Assembly: GCA_964291655.2 (NCBI GenBank)
Contig: OZ219802.1
Span: forward strand, 576,001 to 640,000
Source: Chloroflexota bacterium
Lineage (GTDB): Bacteria; Chloroflexota; UBA11872; VXOZ01
Direction of reading: 5' to 3'
Length of the DNA stretch: 64,000 nt
The notes under the pieces are model-generated. The model made no database searches. It was not told the origin of the DNA and was given only the letters and a program-made list of their open reading frames with translations. The translations under genes and the position numbers were made by a program. Shown piece after piece: positions 49,604 through 59,345 of the stretch (position 1 is the first letter of the stretch; each line of letters opens with the position of its first letter).

Positions 49604-52054
49604 TTACCTCCGCGGCGGTATTATGAGATAGTTCTGACCCTCGACCGCGTTTTCGCCGTCAGTATAGCGACGAGTCTTGTAGTTGACTATTACCCGTGTG
49701 CCGTCTTCATACACGGTCTCATAGACACCGTCAGCAATCTGTCGATGGTCCTCCATTAGCTGATTTACCGTATAGCCCAACTGCTTGACAAATAGCTCGT
49801 ATTCATCAACAATCTGGGGTTCCCAGTCAGCAAAGCGAGATGAATATAGACGATTGTACTGAGTCCGGGTAAGGAGCACGCTTGGATTGGAAGTAAGCTC
49901 AAACGTAGGTAACGCGCCATACTCGATGGCCCGCAGAAATTCATCGCGGTCGCTGCGAAGATTACTCTCATCCCCTGTGTAGCGCACAAGACCGTGGACT
50001 GCCAACGGGAAGAATGGCACTGTCTCTTCGCTAAACACATAGTTGTAGCGATCCAGAGGAATCCGCGTGAAGAAGTCAGTGGTATCAAGCATGTAGGCAT
50101 TCGCACCTTGTACGACAGCCGTACCCGTTTCCTGCTTACTAATGTCTATAATGTCTTTCCATACGCCCACAAATTCCTGTCGACTCAGTTTTGTGCCGCC
50201 CTGCTCAGTGTCGACGGGCTGCTGGGCGGTCCGCACTTCATTTATTAGGCCCGCTACCAGCACGATTAAAAGCGCACCCGTGGCGATTGGCCGCCACAGA
50301 GGGCCCCCGCTAAATTGGCCAAACATTGAATCACCAGCTCGGCGCGTTCCGACCAGGACAATATAGAGTCCTAAGAACACAATTCCCCCCAAGCCCAGGA
50401 ACCTGAGGCCTGTGGTGAATCCTGACCGACCGGAAAAGAGGATGGGATAGTGGTTTAGAGCCACCTTGCCAAAGAATCTGAACTCTACGCCGGAAATTCC
50501 ATATTCACCCATCTTCGCGATATCGCCTGCCGCGTACCGGTCTCGTGCTATCTCCGGTCGAAGGAGCTGGACCTCTGTGTGCGGCTCATCTTCCTTACGT
50601 TTGAATCCCACATAATTGGTTGTGATCGGCAACCGGTTTGCTCCACGAATTACATCCGTCAATGGGTTGAACCGGAAGAAGGAATCAATATTCCTGAAGC
50701 CGAACAGGTAGTTGTCCTCTAGGTAGATGGGGATATTATTGGCATTGCCGTAGTTTGAGACCGCCCGCAGTCCTTCATCCCCACCAAGTTTCCCTTCGGC
50801 CGGCAGCCGCTTTGGCAAAGACCAGTCATAACCGTCCTGGTTCCAGCCCACTAGCGTTACGCGCAGATTATCAAGACCTCGCTCTTCCTTGAGCGACTTG
50901 AGCATATCCAGCGCCTCATCGAACGTAGTCATGGTAATGAACTGATCGCGCGGAAAAGCTTGACGTTGCATGGCCATGAAAATACGAAGATGCAGGAATG
51001 GATTTGCCTCTTCAAGCTGCTGCAGGCCGCGCTCACTCATCAGGAATTCGCGATAGTTCTTAGCCATCCCGACGTACGTGGCATCGTAGCCACGCAGGAA
51101 GGCATACTTGACCTCGCGGTCTCCTTCTACGCGTTCTTGTTCGAACCGCGTGACAAATGATGCCCGTCGCAGCGGGAATGGCGCCTTGCGCCGGAAGATA
51201 AATTGGCCGGAAATCCGATTATAGCCCAATGCGGTGTAGCTGAGCGCCGCACTGATGTTCACGTCCATGTCACCTTTAGTGACGATGCCGGAGAACGCCG
51301 TACTCCCGCGCACCAATCCAAAGACTGGCACAGGAATTGGACCCTGCTGCTGCTCCGGTTCAAATGAGAAGAGCGCCGGGCCGTATACCTCGGCGAGGAA
51401 ATTGTGCCGGTATTCAGGCTGCTCGGGGCGGAAGTGCACAATTGCCCCGGGACCGTCCGGCACAAACAGATAGCCCGTCTCTTCGTTAGTAGCAGCGCCG
51501 AGGAACGGCATAATGTCCAATGTGACCAGCAAGCGTTCCTCAGTTTCCCGGATGCTATCCTCATCGACACCAACAACCAGCCGGTCATCTTCCAACCAAT
51601 ATCTGATTGCGAATCCAATATTCAGTTCGTCGAATAGATAGTCCACCCGAATACCGCCATCGATGGGGTCGAACGTCATCGAAGGCTGATCTGAGATTAT
51701 GTCGGCAACGCGGGTCTGAGTGCGCACTCTATCGGTATACTCAACGATAACCACCGAATTCAGCCGCGCCTTGATAGAGTCCGAGACGGCCTCGGGGTTT
51801 TCAAGAATCGGTGAACTGCGCCACAGCCGACCATTCTCGCGGTCGTCAAACACCGCAAGCTGTGAATTCGATTTATTGAGGAAGAGCGACAGATGCTCCA
51901 CCTGACTAACTTGCTCGAATTCCGGACCCAGCTCTTTAGCCGCATCAAAGGCAGGCGCGGCCGTAGCCGGCACGATGGGCAAAATAGTTAATAGTAGGAC
52001 CAGCGGCACAAAATACCGTGCGATTCGCCACCCTCTAGCGAGTGACAACTTCAT
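49604..52054 (-). CDS. DUF5696-like exported protein (putative glycosidase fold)
   Basis: signal peptide, GYLFVPDGPGA, MTTF, GW..DG, YEDGTRVIVNY; typical position in this cluster type. Confidence 0.75.
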   Translation of the reverse strand: MKLSLARGWRIARYFVPLVLLLTILPIVPATAAPAFDAAKELGPEFEQVSQVEHLSLFLNKSNSQLAVFDDRENGRLWRSSPILENPEAVSDSIKARLNSVVIVEYTDRVRTQTRVADIISDQPSMTFDPIDGGIRVDYLFDELNIGFAIRYWLEDDRLVVGVDEDSIRETEERLLVTLDIMPFLGAATNEETGYLFVPDGPGAIVHFRPEQPEYRHNFLAEVYGPALFSFEPEQQQGPIPVPVFGLVRGSTAFSGIVTKGDMDVNISAALSYTALGYNRISGQFIFRRKAPFPLRRASFVTRFEQERVEGDREVKYAFLRGYDATYVGMAKNYREFLMSERGLQQLEEANPFLHLRIFMAMQRQAFPRDQFITMTTFDEALDMLKSLKEERGLDNLRVTLVGWNQDGYDWSLPKRLPAEGKLGGDEGLRAVSNYGNANNIPIYLEDNYLFGFRNIDSFFRFNPLTDVIRGANRLPITTNYVGFKRKEDEPHTEVQLLRPEIARDRYAAGDIAKMGEYGISGVEFRFFGKVALNHYPILFSGRSGFTTGLRFLGLGGIVFLGLYIVLVGTRRAGDSMFGQFSGGPLWRPIATGALLIVLVAGLINEVRTAQQPVDTEQGGTKLSRQEFVGVWKDIIDISKQETGTAVVQGANAYMLDTTDFFTRIPLDRYNYVFSEETVPFFPLAVHGLVRYTGDESNLRSDRDEFLRAIEYGALPTFELTSNPSVLLTRTQYNRLYSSRFADWEPQIVDEYELFVKQLGYTVNQLMEDHRQIADGVYETVYEDGTRVIVNYKTRRYTDGENAVEGQNYLIIPPRR

Positions 52055-54152
52055 AAACAACCTCCCAGAGGAAGCGGATCACCCGCGAAGACATGAAGTA
52101 ACTAAGAGCCGAAATACCAAAGATTGCAACCATGCCCATTATATTGAGGAAGCTCACACCTGCAGCCCGCTTGAACTCAAAGTCGTGTACTACCTTGACT
52201 TGCAGATAAATGAGTGCTCCCATCCACCAATACATAAAGCCCTGCGCGAAGCCATAGAGCGCACTCTCATCCTTCGTGAGCACGTTCGACACGAGCGCTA
52301 GCGGTAACGCGATAATGATGTACGGTTGCAGACAGTATGCAGTCGTGGCTGCCACTACTTTCGGCGAACCTTCGCCATAGAAGATCGCACTCACGCCGTA
52401 ATTGGCGACCACCCAGACCAAGAAGGGCACAAGGATCCGCGAGACCTCAAGGACAAAGTTGATATCCTCGGGATCAATTGCAGAGTAGTGAAAGCTCACT
52501 GTATTCAGCGTGAGCATTCGCACGATGATGGCAAGACCGAGAATCGTCCATACAGTCCACCATGTAGAGTCCTCACGCAAAGCCCAGAAGGTCTCCATCG
52601 GGTCACGCAAGACGCCAACGGCCTGACGATAGATCTTGTACCACGTACTCTCCTGTTTGAGGATGCCCCGCTGGAAGCCATACGCAAACACGCGGCGCGT
52701 GCCTCGCGGAATTACGATGATGGCGCCTATCCCCAAGAACAGGTAGAGCATGAAGAGACCGAAATTCGCACGCATCCAGAGGTAGCGCGCTTCTGAGTAA
52801 GCCTTGGCATACTCATCCTTGTCGTAGCCTCTAAAGTACTCAACCATCGCGTCTTGGTAGCGTTCTTGGCGGTAAAGCGCTTTGCCAAGGGCGCTATGCG
52901 CAAGGTACATGTTCGCGTCAAGCTTGAGGACTTGCTGCCACAGGTTGGCTGCCTCATCGTAGCGTCCGTCCCAATAGAACTTGCTCGCAGAGTGGACCAA
53001 TCTGGCAAAGAGCGTAGGCCGGTACACCTGAATGTTGTTGCGAATGGCATCCAGGATATAAAGCGACCCTGCCGCATCCGTCACCACACTCGTTGGGTAT
53101 CCAAGTTGGCCTTGCTGCACTCCTCGGCCACCGAACGCCAGCAGCGGCTCACCATCCTGATCATATTGATAGACTTTAGCCGAATTGGCATCAACAACCG
53201 TAATAATTCCCGCTTCATTGACGTTAACATCGGAGAAGCGTGGGAATTGGGTCCGCCTACCTGCTCCTTCTCGCTCGCCATAGAACTTCAGCGAATCCGA
53301 TTTGAAGAAGCGCATGTAAATGGCTACAGACGTCGAATGCGGATAGACATTTACACCCACCGGACTCAGCTTCTGAAGCTGGTCCTTGACCGCAGTCGCC
53401 ACGACCGTGTAGAGGAAACCATCTTCGGAGAGGTACAGATTGGAGTGCGGCGTGGGCTGGGGCAAGAAGATCTTGCGCCGCTGTTCCTGCGTTGCAAACA
53501 TACTCACAATCAGTCTGCGCAGACTGAAATCTAATCGAGTAGCCCCAAAGAAGCCACGGAAGTTACCCTCGCCATCCAGCACAATGATGCCGAGATTGCT
53601 GCCAGCCTCCAAGGTGTAGATACGCCCACTCCGGTCCACCACAAGCTTACTGGGAGCGAACGTATGGTCGATGGGGATTAGAGTTGTTGAAGGTTTGAAG
53701 AACTCATCGACAAAGTTCCCCTCCGGATCCAGCCGCAGAATACGGTTATTGCCGGTATCTGCCACAAAGATATTACCGTCCGGATCAACATAGACACCCT
53801 CAGGCTTACTCAGGTTGCTAATCTCCATGAGGTACGCGCCCTCCTGAGAGAATTTGAGCACCCGGTCGTTGCCTGTGTCAGCCAGCCAAAGGTTTTCCTC
53901 GTGGTCGAGGAAGAGGTCCGACGGCTCCTTGAATGCGCCGGTCGGCAAATGAATGCCGTTGATTTCTTTCTCAAAGATGTAGGGGAGTGGCGATGGCACC
54001 CGTTGGTTGCGGGGGTCAATGGTATAAGACAGCTTTGGATCAAGCTCCAAAGCAGACGCCGTGCCGGCAGACGCCAGGATTAGCCAAACCGCCGCAAGGC
54101 CCGCCAGCGCCGCCTTTATTCTTGATCCTTTGTGTCCAAACATTTTTCCCAT
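52035..54152 (-). CDS. NHL beta-propeller, TPR and YIP1 membrane-domain protein
   Basis: repeated ADTGN.R(V/I)L NHL units; TPR pair (YDEAANLWQQVL..AHSALGKAL); C-terminal multi-TM YIP1-like domain. Confidence 0.85.
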   Translation of the reverse strand: MGKMFGHKGSRIKAALAGLAAVWLILASAGTASALELDPKLSYTIDPRNQRVPSPLPYIFEKEINGIHLPTGAFKEPSDLFLDHEENLWLADTGNDRVLKFSQEGAYLMEISNLSKPEGVYVDPDGNIFVADTGNNRILRLDPEGNFVDEFFKPSTTLIPIDHTFAPSKLVVDRSGRIYTLEAGSNLGIIVLDGEGNFRGFFGATRLDFSLRRLIVSMFATQEQRRKIFLPQPTPHSNLYLSEDGFLYTVVATAVKDQLQKLSPVGVNVYPHSTSVAIYMRFFKSDSLKFYGEREGAGRRTQFPRFSDVNVNEAGIITVVDANSAKVYQYDQDGEPLLAFGGRGVQQGQLGYPTSVVTDAAGSLYILDAIRNNIQVYRPTLFARLVHSASKFYWDGRYDEAANLWQQVLKLDANMYLAHSALGKALYRQERYQDAMVEYFRGYDKDEYAKAYSEARYLWMRANFGLFMLYLFLGIGAIIVIPRGTRRVFAYGFQRGILKQESTWYKIYRQAVGVLRDPMETFWALREDSTWWTVWTILGLAIIVRMLTLNTVSFHYSAIDPEDINFVLEVSRILVPFLVWVVANYGVSAIFYGEGSPKVVAATTAYCLQPYIIIALPLALVSNVLTKDESALYGFAQGFMYWWMGALIYLQVKVVHDFEFKRAAGVSFLNIMGMVAIFGISALSYFMSSRVIRFLWEVVYEVVTR

Positions 54153-54194
54153 TCCCTTACCCGCTAATCGGTACCATCACGCTGCGATACTGTA

Positions 54195-55055
54195 TTATGC
54201 CTTGATTCCCGAGTGTGCCATGGTGGCAATCACGCGCCGTTGCACTAACGTGAATAGTACCACTGGCGGCGTGATCATGATGAATGTTGCCGCCGCATAT
54301 GCACCTTGCCGGGCCACCGAGCCCTGGCTGATCAAGGTCTGCAATGCGATTGGCAGGGTCCGCATCGATTCCGTCCGCGTGAATACCAGAGGCGCCCAGA
54401 TATCGTTCCACGTTCCTACGAAGATAATGATCACCAGCGTGGCCCATGCCGGAGTTACCAAAGGCATGACTACACGCCAGAAGACTGTCCACTCCGTTGC
54501 CCCGTCTATTTTGGCCGATTCAATGAGTGCCGCGGGGATCTGCTCCATAAACTGCTTCATCAAGAAGAGCGCATACGGAATAGCGAGATTGGGCAGAACC
54601 AGTGCAAAGTACGTGTCGATGATACCGAGTTGGTAGACAACCAGGTATCTAGGAATCGCCGTCACTTGCGGTGTAAACATCAGCGCCGCAATGACCACGA
54701 TAAACATCGCATGGCGTCCCGGGAAGTTATGCTTCGCCAAGGGATAGGCTGCCAAACTCGCCAGCAACACCCCGCCAACTACCGTGCAGAAGGCCACAAA
54801 CACACTATTGAAGATGTACCGAATAAACGGGACGTTGAGTGAGTATGTCGCAATCAAGAGATCCTGAAAGTTTCGCAGGGTGGGATTTCGCACGATGAAG
54901 CGGGGCGGAAAGAGAAAGAGCTCATCGATCGGCTTCAGTGCGTGTGATACGACGAAGATCAGTGGCAACGACATAAACGCAGCGAGAATAGTCAACGCCG
55001 CGATGGTCGTAAATTCACCGCTCGTCATCTTGAATCGTCCAACTCGAATTACCAT
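54195..55055 (-). CDS. carbohydrate ABC permease (MalG-type)
   Basis: LIESAKIDGA loop, KPIDELFLFPP. Confidence 0.92.
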   Translation of the reverse strand: MVIRVGRFKMTSGEFTTIAALTILAAFMSLPLIFVVSHALKPIDELFLFPPRFIVRNPTLRNFQDLLIATYSLNVPFIRYIFNSVFVAFCTVVGGVLLASLAAYPLAKHNFPGRHAMFIVVIAALMFTPQVTAIPRYLVVYQLGIIDTYFALVLPNLAIPYALFLMKQFMEQIPAALIESAKIDGATEWTVFWRVVMPLVTPAWATLVIIIFVGTWNDIWAPLVFTRTESMRTLPIALQTLISQGSVARQGAYAAATFIMITPPVVLFTLVQRRVIATMAHSGIKA

Positions 55056-55076
55056 TTACCGCTTCCCCTTCCTTGC

Positions 55077-56042
55077 TTATTCATCCTTGGTGGAGAGCAG
55101 GCGCAACGCACCTTGCCCGACACCAAAGGTAATGATGAAGAGTATCACGGCAATTGCAGCCGCATAACCCATTTCAAACCGGATAAATGCATAGTCGTAC
55201 AGGTGCGAGAGTATCATATGCGCCGCATAGAGCGGACTTGGGAGGCCGGCCAATGAGAGGGAAATCTCGAACCCGGCCGAGAACATAAGCACCACCGCAT
55301 TGATAACACCAAACAGCACTTGCGGTTTCATGGAGGGCAGCGTAATGTACCACATCTCTTGAAGCGGATGTGAGATGCCGTCCACTTTCCCTGCCTCATA
55401 CAGTTCGGTATTTACCGTCTGCAAACCGGCAAGGAAGACCAAGAAATTGTTGCCCATGCTCATCCATAGCATGACGAACATGATTACTGGCAACATTGTC
55501 CGCTGGTCGATGAGCCACAGGAATGGTTCCTGAATGAAACCCATGCGCATCAGGAAGTAATTCATGTACCCGTAACGGTCGCCGGAAAAGACGATCCGCC
55601 ATACAACCGCCATGGCAATTGCACTCGTGAGCGAAGGCGCATAGAACGCCAACGCGTAAATCGTGCGCACACGAATCTGGTTAATGAACCAAGCAAGCAG
55701 GAAAGATGCAGTAAGGCTGACCGGTCCCGTAATAACCGCGAAGAAAAGCGTATTACGAATCGACAGCACAAAGATGTCGTCCTCAAGGAACAGTAAGCGA
55801 TAATTGGACCAGCCGATCACCCGAGGCGGTTCCAGCATATTGAAATAGGTAAAGCTTAGCCAGATAGCCACCCCTACAGGGATGATTAGGAAAGCAAAAA
55901 AGAAGATCATGTAGGGCAGCAAGAACGCGTACGACACACCATATTGGGCAAGAATTCTCTGCAAGCCCGTTTTTGGTGCTGCAACCGCTCGCGGCTGTGC
56001 CGTGGTATCTGCTCCCGGGCCGCTACTCTTTACTTCGGCCAT
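55077..56042 (-). CDS. carbohydrate ABC permease (MalF-type)
   Basis: LYEAGKVDG, RFEMGYAAA. Confidence 0.92.
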   Translation of the reverse strand: MAEVKSSGPGADTTAQPRAVAAPKTGLQRILAQYGVSYAFLLPYMIFFFAFLIIPVGVAIWLSFTYFNMLEPPRVIGWSNYRLLFLEDDIFVLSIRNTLFFAVITGPVSLTASFLLAWFINQIRVRTIYALAFYAPSLTSAIAMAVVWRIVFSGDRYGYMNYFLMRMGFIQEPFLWLIDQRTMLPVIMFVMLWMSMGNNFLVFLAGLQTVNTELYEAGKVDGISHPLQEMWYITLPSMKPQVLFGVINAVVLMFSAGFEISLSLAGLPSPLYAAHMILSHLYDYAFIRFEMGYAAAIAVILFIITFGVGQGALRLLSTKDE

Positions 56043-59000
56043 TACTCCAGACCCCCTTTCGTCTTACTGAGATCAACGTCAAGCCCGAATTCCTCGCGCT
56101 TGCGAATCAGTTCGCGGTCGATCTGCTTTACTGCTTCTTCCAGGGCTTCACGTGCGTTCCACCCCTGAAGCACCACGCGGTTCCAAGCATTGATAATGTG
56201 GCGAGGCGTAAAGTAACCGCCCAAGGTAACCGGTTGCTCCTTGAACCAACGCCACTGTTCTTGGATAGACTCGATATCTTTCTGCGGGAAGGGAAGTTGG
56301 TTCAAGGCCTTAACATTGGCAGTATTCCAGCGCGCCTCCGTGCCGATCAGGGCCTCGAGCTCTTCACCGAAGCGCGCCTGGGCACCCACCGACGTCCACC
56401 ATTTCGCCCACTCCCAGGCCTTGTCTTGTTTATCTGAATTATCCATGATCACCACGGCTTGACCATAGCCGCCTGAGGTCCGGTCTACTTGTCCGTCTGG
56501 TCGGCGTTTTCCGGGAAGCGGGCGCATTTCCCAGCGGCCTTCAAGCTCCGGCGCCGCAACGGACAAGAGAACGTAGGTAAAGAAGCCGGAGACGCCAATC
56601 GGCATCTCGCCGGTCCGCATGCGGTTATAGAAGTCAGCCTGTTGCGTAATCTTATAGTTCGTATAGAGTTCCGTCCACTCGCGGAAGCCGGCCAGTGCTT
56701 CGGGAGAGTCCAGAGCGCTCAAACCTTTTTCAGTATAGAAGTCTCCCCCGTTTTGGTAGAGGAAAGGCAGGAACCCCGGCACAAGGGACTCAGCCAAACC
56801 GTAGATGCCCCCACCCGCGGACACGCCAACCGGCGGGAAGAAGAAGTCCATGCCGCGCTGCTGAAGCAGCCAGATCATGTTATATAAGTCCTGCCACGTG
56901 TCGGGCGGATTCAGACCCAACTCATTGAAGATGTCCGTACGGTAGAACATCATCAAGAAGTCCTGCGTTTCCGGTATTGCGTAGTCTCCGCCTTCCCAAC
57001 GGAAGGGCAAGAGCGCCCCAGGACGGAATCGCGTTGCCACCTCCTGATAGTCCAAGAACTTATTCATGTTGGCAACGCCGTTGCGGATGGCAAACTCCAC
57101 GGGAACGTCCGGCAGAACACCGGTCGCCACGTCAGGAGTCACACCGCTCGCCACCGAGAGGAGCAACACGTTTACCGAGCCCGCACTCAATTGTGCCGGT
57201 GGAAATACCTGGAGGTTAACGGCGATGCCGCTCGCCGGCGTAAAGTCATCCTCGGTCATGTCCTTCATGATCATGCCCCACTCGCGGCCACGGGCCACCC
57301 ACACGGTAATGGTGTTGTCATCATCGCCGTAAATCGAGCCGATGCCGTAATAGTTCCGGACAAACGAACTCAAGAAGTTCATAAATCCGGTCCAACCCTT
57401 TTGGAAGATGTTAGCTTTGCCGCGCGGCAATTCCATTTCAGGATTGGTGACCAAGAGATAGTCGAGCCAGAGCGGGTGTTCGCGCAGATAGAGAAGCCAC
57501 TGCGAAAGCCGCCCCTGACTTGCACTAAGGTCGCTCAAGCGACGGGACATACTTTCGGGGTCACTTGCCATGTCTTCCAACTGGAAGGCGACTTCGCCCA
57601 AAACATTGGCCACGTTCGGCTTCACGCCGTTGTTGACCATGGTCATATGGCCGACTTGCTCTCTCAGCAACGTGTAATTCGTCACCAAGCGGGGCACGAG
57701 AGTCGGAATACGGGAGGTGAGATCGAATTCCATGTATGGGTCGGGATTAACACCCGTAATCATCGTAATCTCACGCACCATAATCGATAGGTCGGTCACA
57801 ACCTTGTTGATGGCCCGAATCGTCTCGGCAGAGGGGCCGACGGTGACCTCCATCGTAAGGGTATGCCTCCCTTTCGTGAGATAGAATAGGTAGGGCTCTC
57901 CCTCGCCTGCATTTTCTCCAAAGGTCACAATACGCCAATCTCGGTCGTTGTCCGGCGTAAACAAGAAACTATTGAGTTCCTGGAACGGAACCTTGCCGTC
58001 AATCAGAATGCGCCGGGCAGAGGGCAAGAAGCTTGCATACGCCTGCCAGCGTCGCCAGGCAATCTTGTATAGACCGTCTTCCGGTACCTCGAAATCCCAC
58101 GTTGCCGCTTGCAACGCGCGGCGCCAGCGGAACGAGCCGTAAGCATTCAGGCGCACGTAGCCGGCAGAAAATGGGTCTACCAAAGGACCGGACGTGTATT
58201 CCATGCGAATCGTGGCCTCAGTCCGTTCAACCGGCAGTTCTGCCTGGTGGCGAATCAAGGTCTCGCCCGCGCTCTGGTAGCCCTTCTCTTCGTACATCTT
58301 CAGGACTTCAGCATATGTCGGCGGCCGTGACGGCGAAACAAGACGCAGGCTGCGAATAGCGATCGGTTCGCGCACCGTTATCATGCGCAGCACGTGCTCG
58401 CCTTCCGTCAAGTAAAAGTCAAAGGGCCAGGGATACATGCCATCGCCATCGATGATGCGCACCGTCTCCCATCGCGGGTCTTCCAGTTGACCGGGACGTC
58501 GGTCGTTGCCCTGATTGTCAGTGGTCGGCAACCCCTTGTCTTGCCAGAAACGCACAAAGACGAGCCGCCGGGCCTCCTGGAATGGATACTCTCCATCAAT
58601 TTGTATGCGCCGTTGGATGGAGGCGCGCTTGCCAGCCAAGGGATAGTACTCAAGCTCAATGTTGTAGAGACCGGTCTTGGGCACCGTAAATCTCCACTCC
58701 ATCCACTCGGTCTCTTCCTGCCAGTTGATTATCTCGCCCGTCTTGCCCCCGAGCTCACTTAGGATTTCCGGGTCCTGTCCGCGGAAACGAATAATATCCG
58801 TGTGGTCGATTGGGATCTCGATGTCCTCAACCCACTCGTAGCCGTCTTTTGCATATTGCTCAAGCGTCTCTGCGTAGTTGTCTTCTAGCTTCACTTCGAT
58901 CACACCAGTGGCGTGTGTGATAAAAGTGCCCTCCCCCTCCTCTGCGTCCTCTTCCTCCGCATTGTCTTGCTGCTGGTTCTGCTGGGTATAGACTGCAGCA

Positions 59001-59146
59001 GACGTGGCGGTGGGAATTGAGATGGTCAGCAGCATCACCGCGAGACCAATATTGATCCAGACAGACCAAACCCGCAGATTGCGCAATGCGCTCGGCACTC
59101 TGCCTGCTGCCTGAAGCCTACGAATTGTTCTCTCCAGGATGCTCAT
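56042..59146 (-). CDS. giant extracellular solute-binding protein with N-terminal CBM-like beta-sandwich domains
   Basis: two W.F.VP..GLY.I ... FYLT.G.H.L repeats, a helical linker, and a C-terminal SBP domain (MFYRTDIF.ELGL.PP.TW). Confidence 0.85.
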   Translation of the reverse strand: MSILERTIRRLQAAGRVPSALRNLRVWSVWINIGLAVMLLTISIPTATSAAVYTQQNQQQDNAEEEDAEEGEGTFITHATGVIEVKLEDNYAETLEQYAKDGYEWVEDIEIPIDHTDIIRFRGQDPEILSELGGKTGEIINWQEETEWMEWRFTVPKTGLYNIELEYYPLAGKRASIQRRIQIDGEYPFQEARRLVFVRFWQDKGLPTTDNQGNDRRPGQLEDPRWETVRIIDGDGMYPWPFDFYLTEGEHVLRMITVREPIAIRSLRLVSPSRPPTYAEVLKMYEEKGYQSAGETLIRHQAELPVERTEATIRMEYTSGPLVDPFSAGYVRLNAYGSFRWRRALQAATWDFEVPEDGLYKIAWRRWQAYASFLPSARRILIDGKVPFQELNSFLFTPDNDRDWRIVTFGENAGEGEPYLFYLTKGRHTLTMEVTVGPSAETIRAINKVVTDLSIMVREITMITGVNPDPYMEFDLTSRIPTLVPRLVTNYTLLREQVGHMTMVNNGVKPNVANVLGEVAFQLEDMASDPESMSRRLSDLSASQGRLSQWLLYLREHPLWLDYLLVTNPEMELPRGKANIFQKGWTGFMNFLSSFVRNYYGIGSIYGDDDNTITVWVARGREWGMIMKDMTEDDFTPASGIAVNLQVFPPAQLSAGSVNVLLLSVASGVTPDVATGVLPDVPVEFAIRNGVANMNKFLDYQEVATRFRPGALLPFRWEGGDYAIPETQDFLMMFYRTDIFNELGLNPPDTWQDLYNMIWLLQQRGMDFFFPPVGVSAGGGIYGLAESLVPGFLPFLYQNGGDFYTEKGLSALDSPEALAGFREWTELYTNYKITQQADFYNRMRTGEMPIGVSGFFTYVLLSVAAPELEGRWEMRPLPGKRRPDGQVDRTSGGYGQAVVIMDNSDKQDKAWEWAKWWTSVGAQARFGEELEALIGTEARWNTANVKALNQLPFPQKDIESIQEQWRWFKEQPVTLGGYFTPRHIINAWNRVVLQGWNAREALEEAVKQIDRELIRKREEFGLDVDLSKTKGGLE

Positions 59147-59345
59147 CAAATTCCACCTTCACGCTACGAGCGATTTACCAAAAGCCAAAGGGCTTGGAGT
59201 CTTAGAATTACGTTCCTGTTTCACCATAGTCAACTCACCCAGCCACCCCACGCACCATATTACAGTGTACCCTAGCACACGATTTTCACCATCGTCAAGT
59301 AATGGAAGTTACCTAATAGGCTTCACAACTGACAGTATTCCTTAC

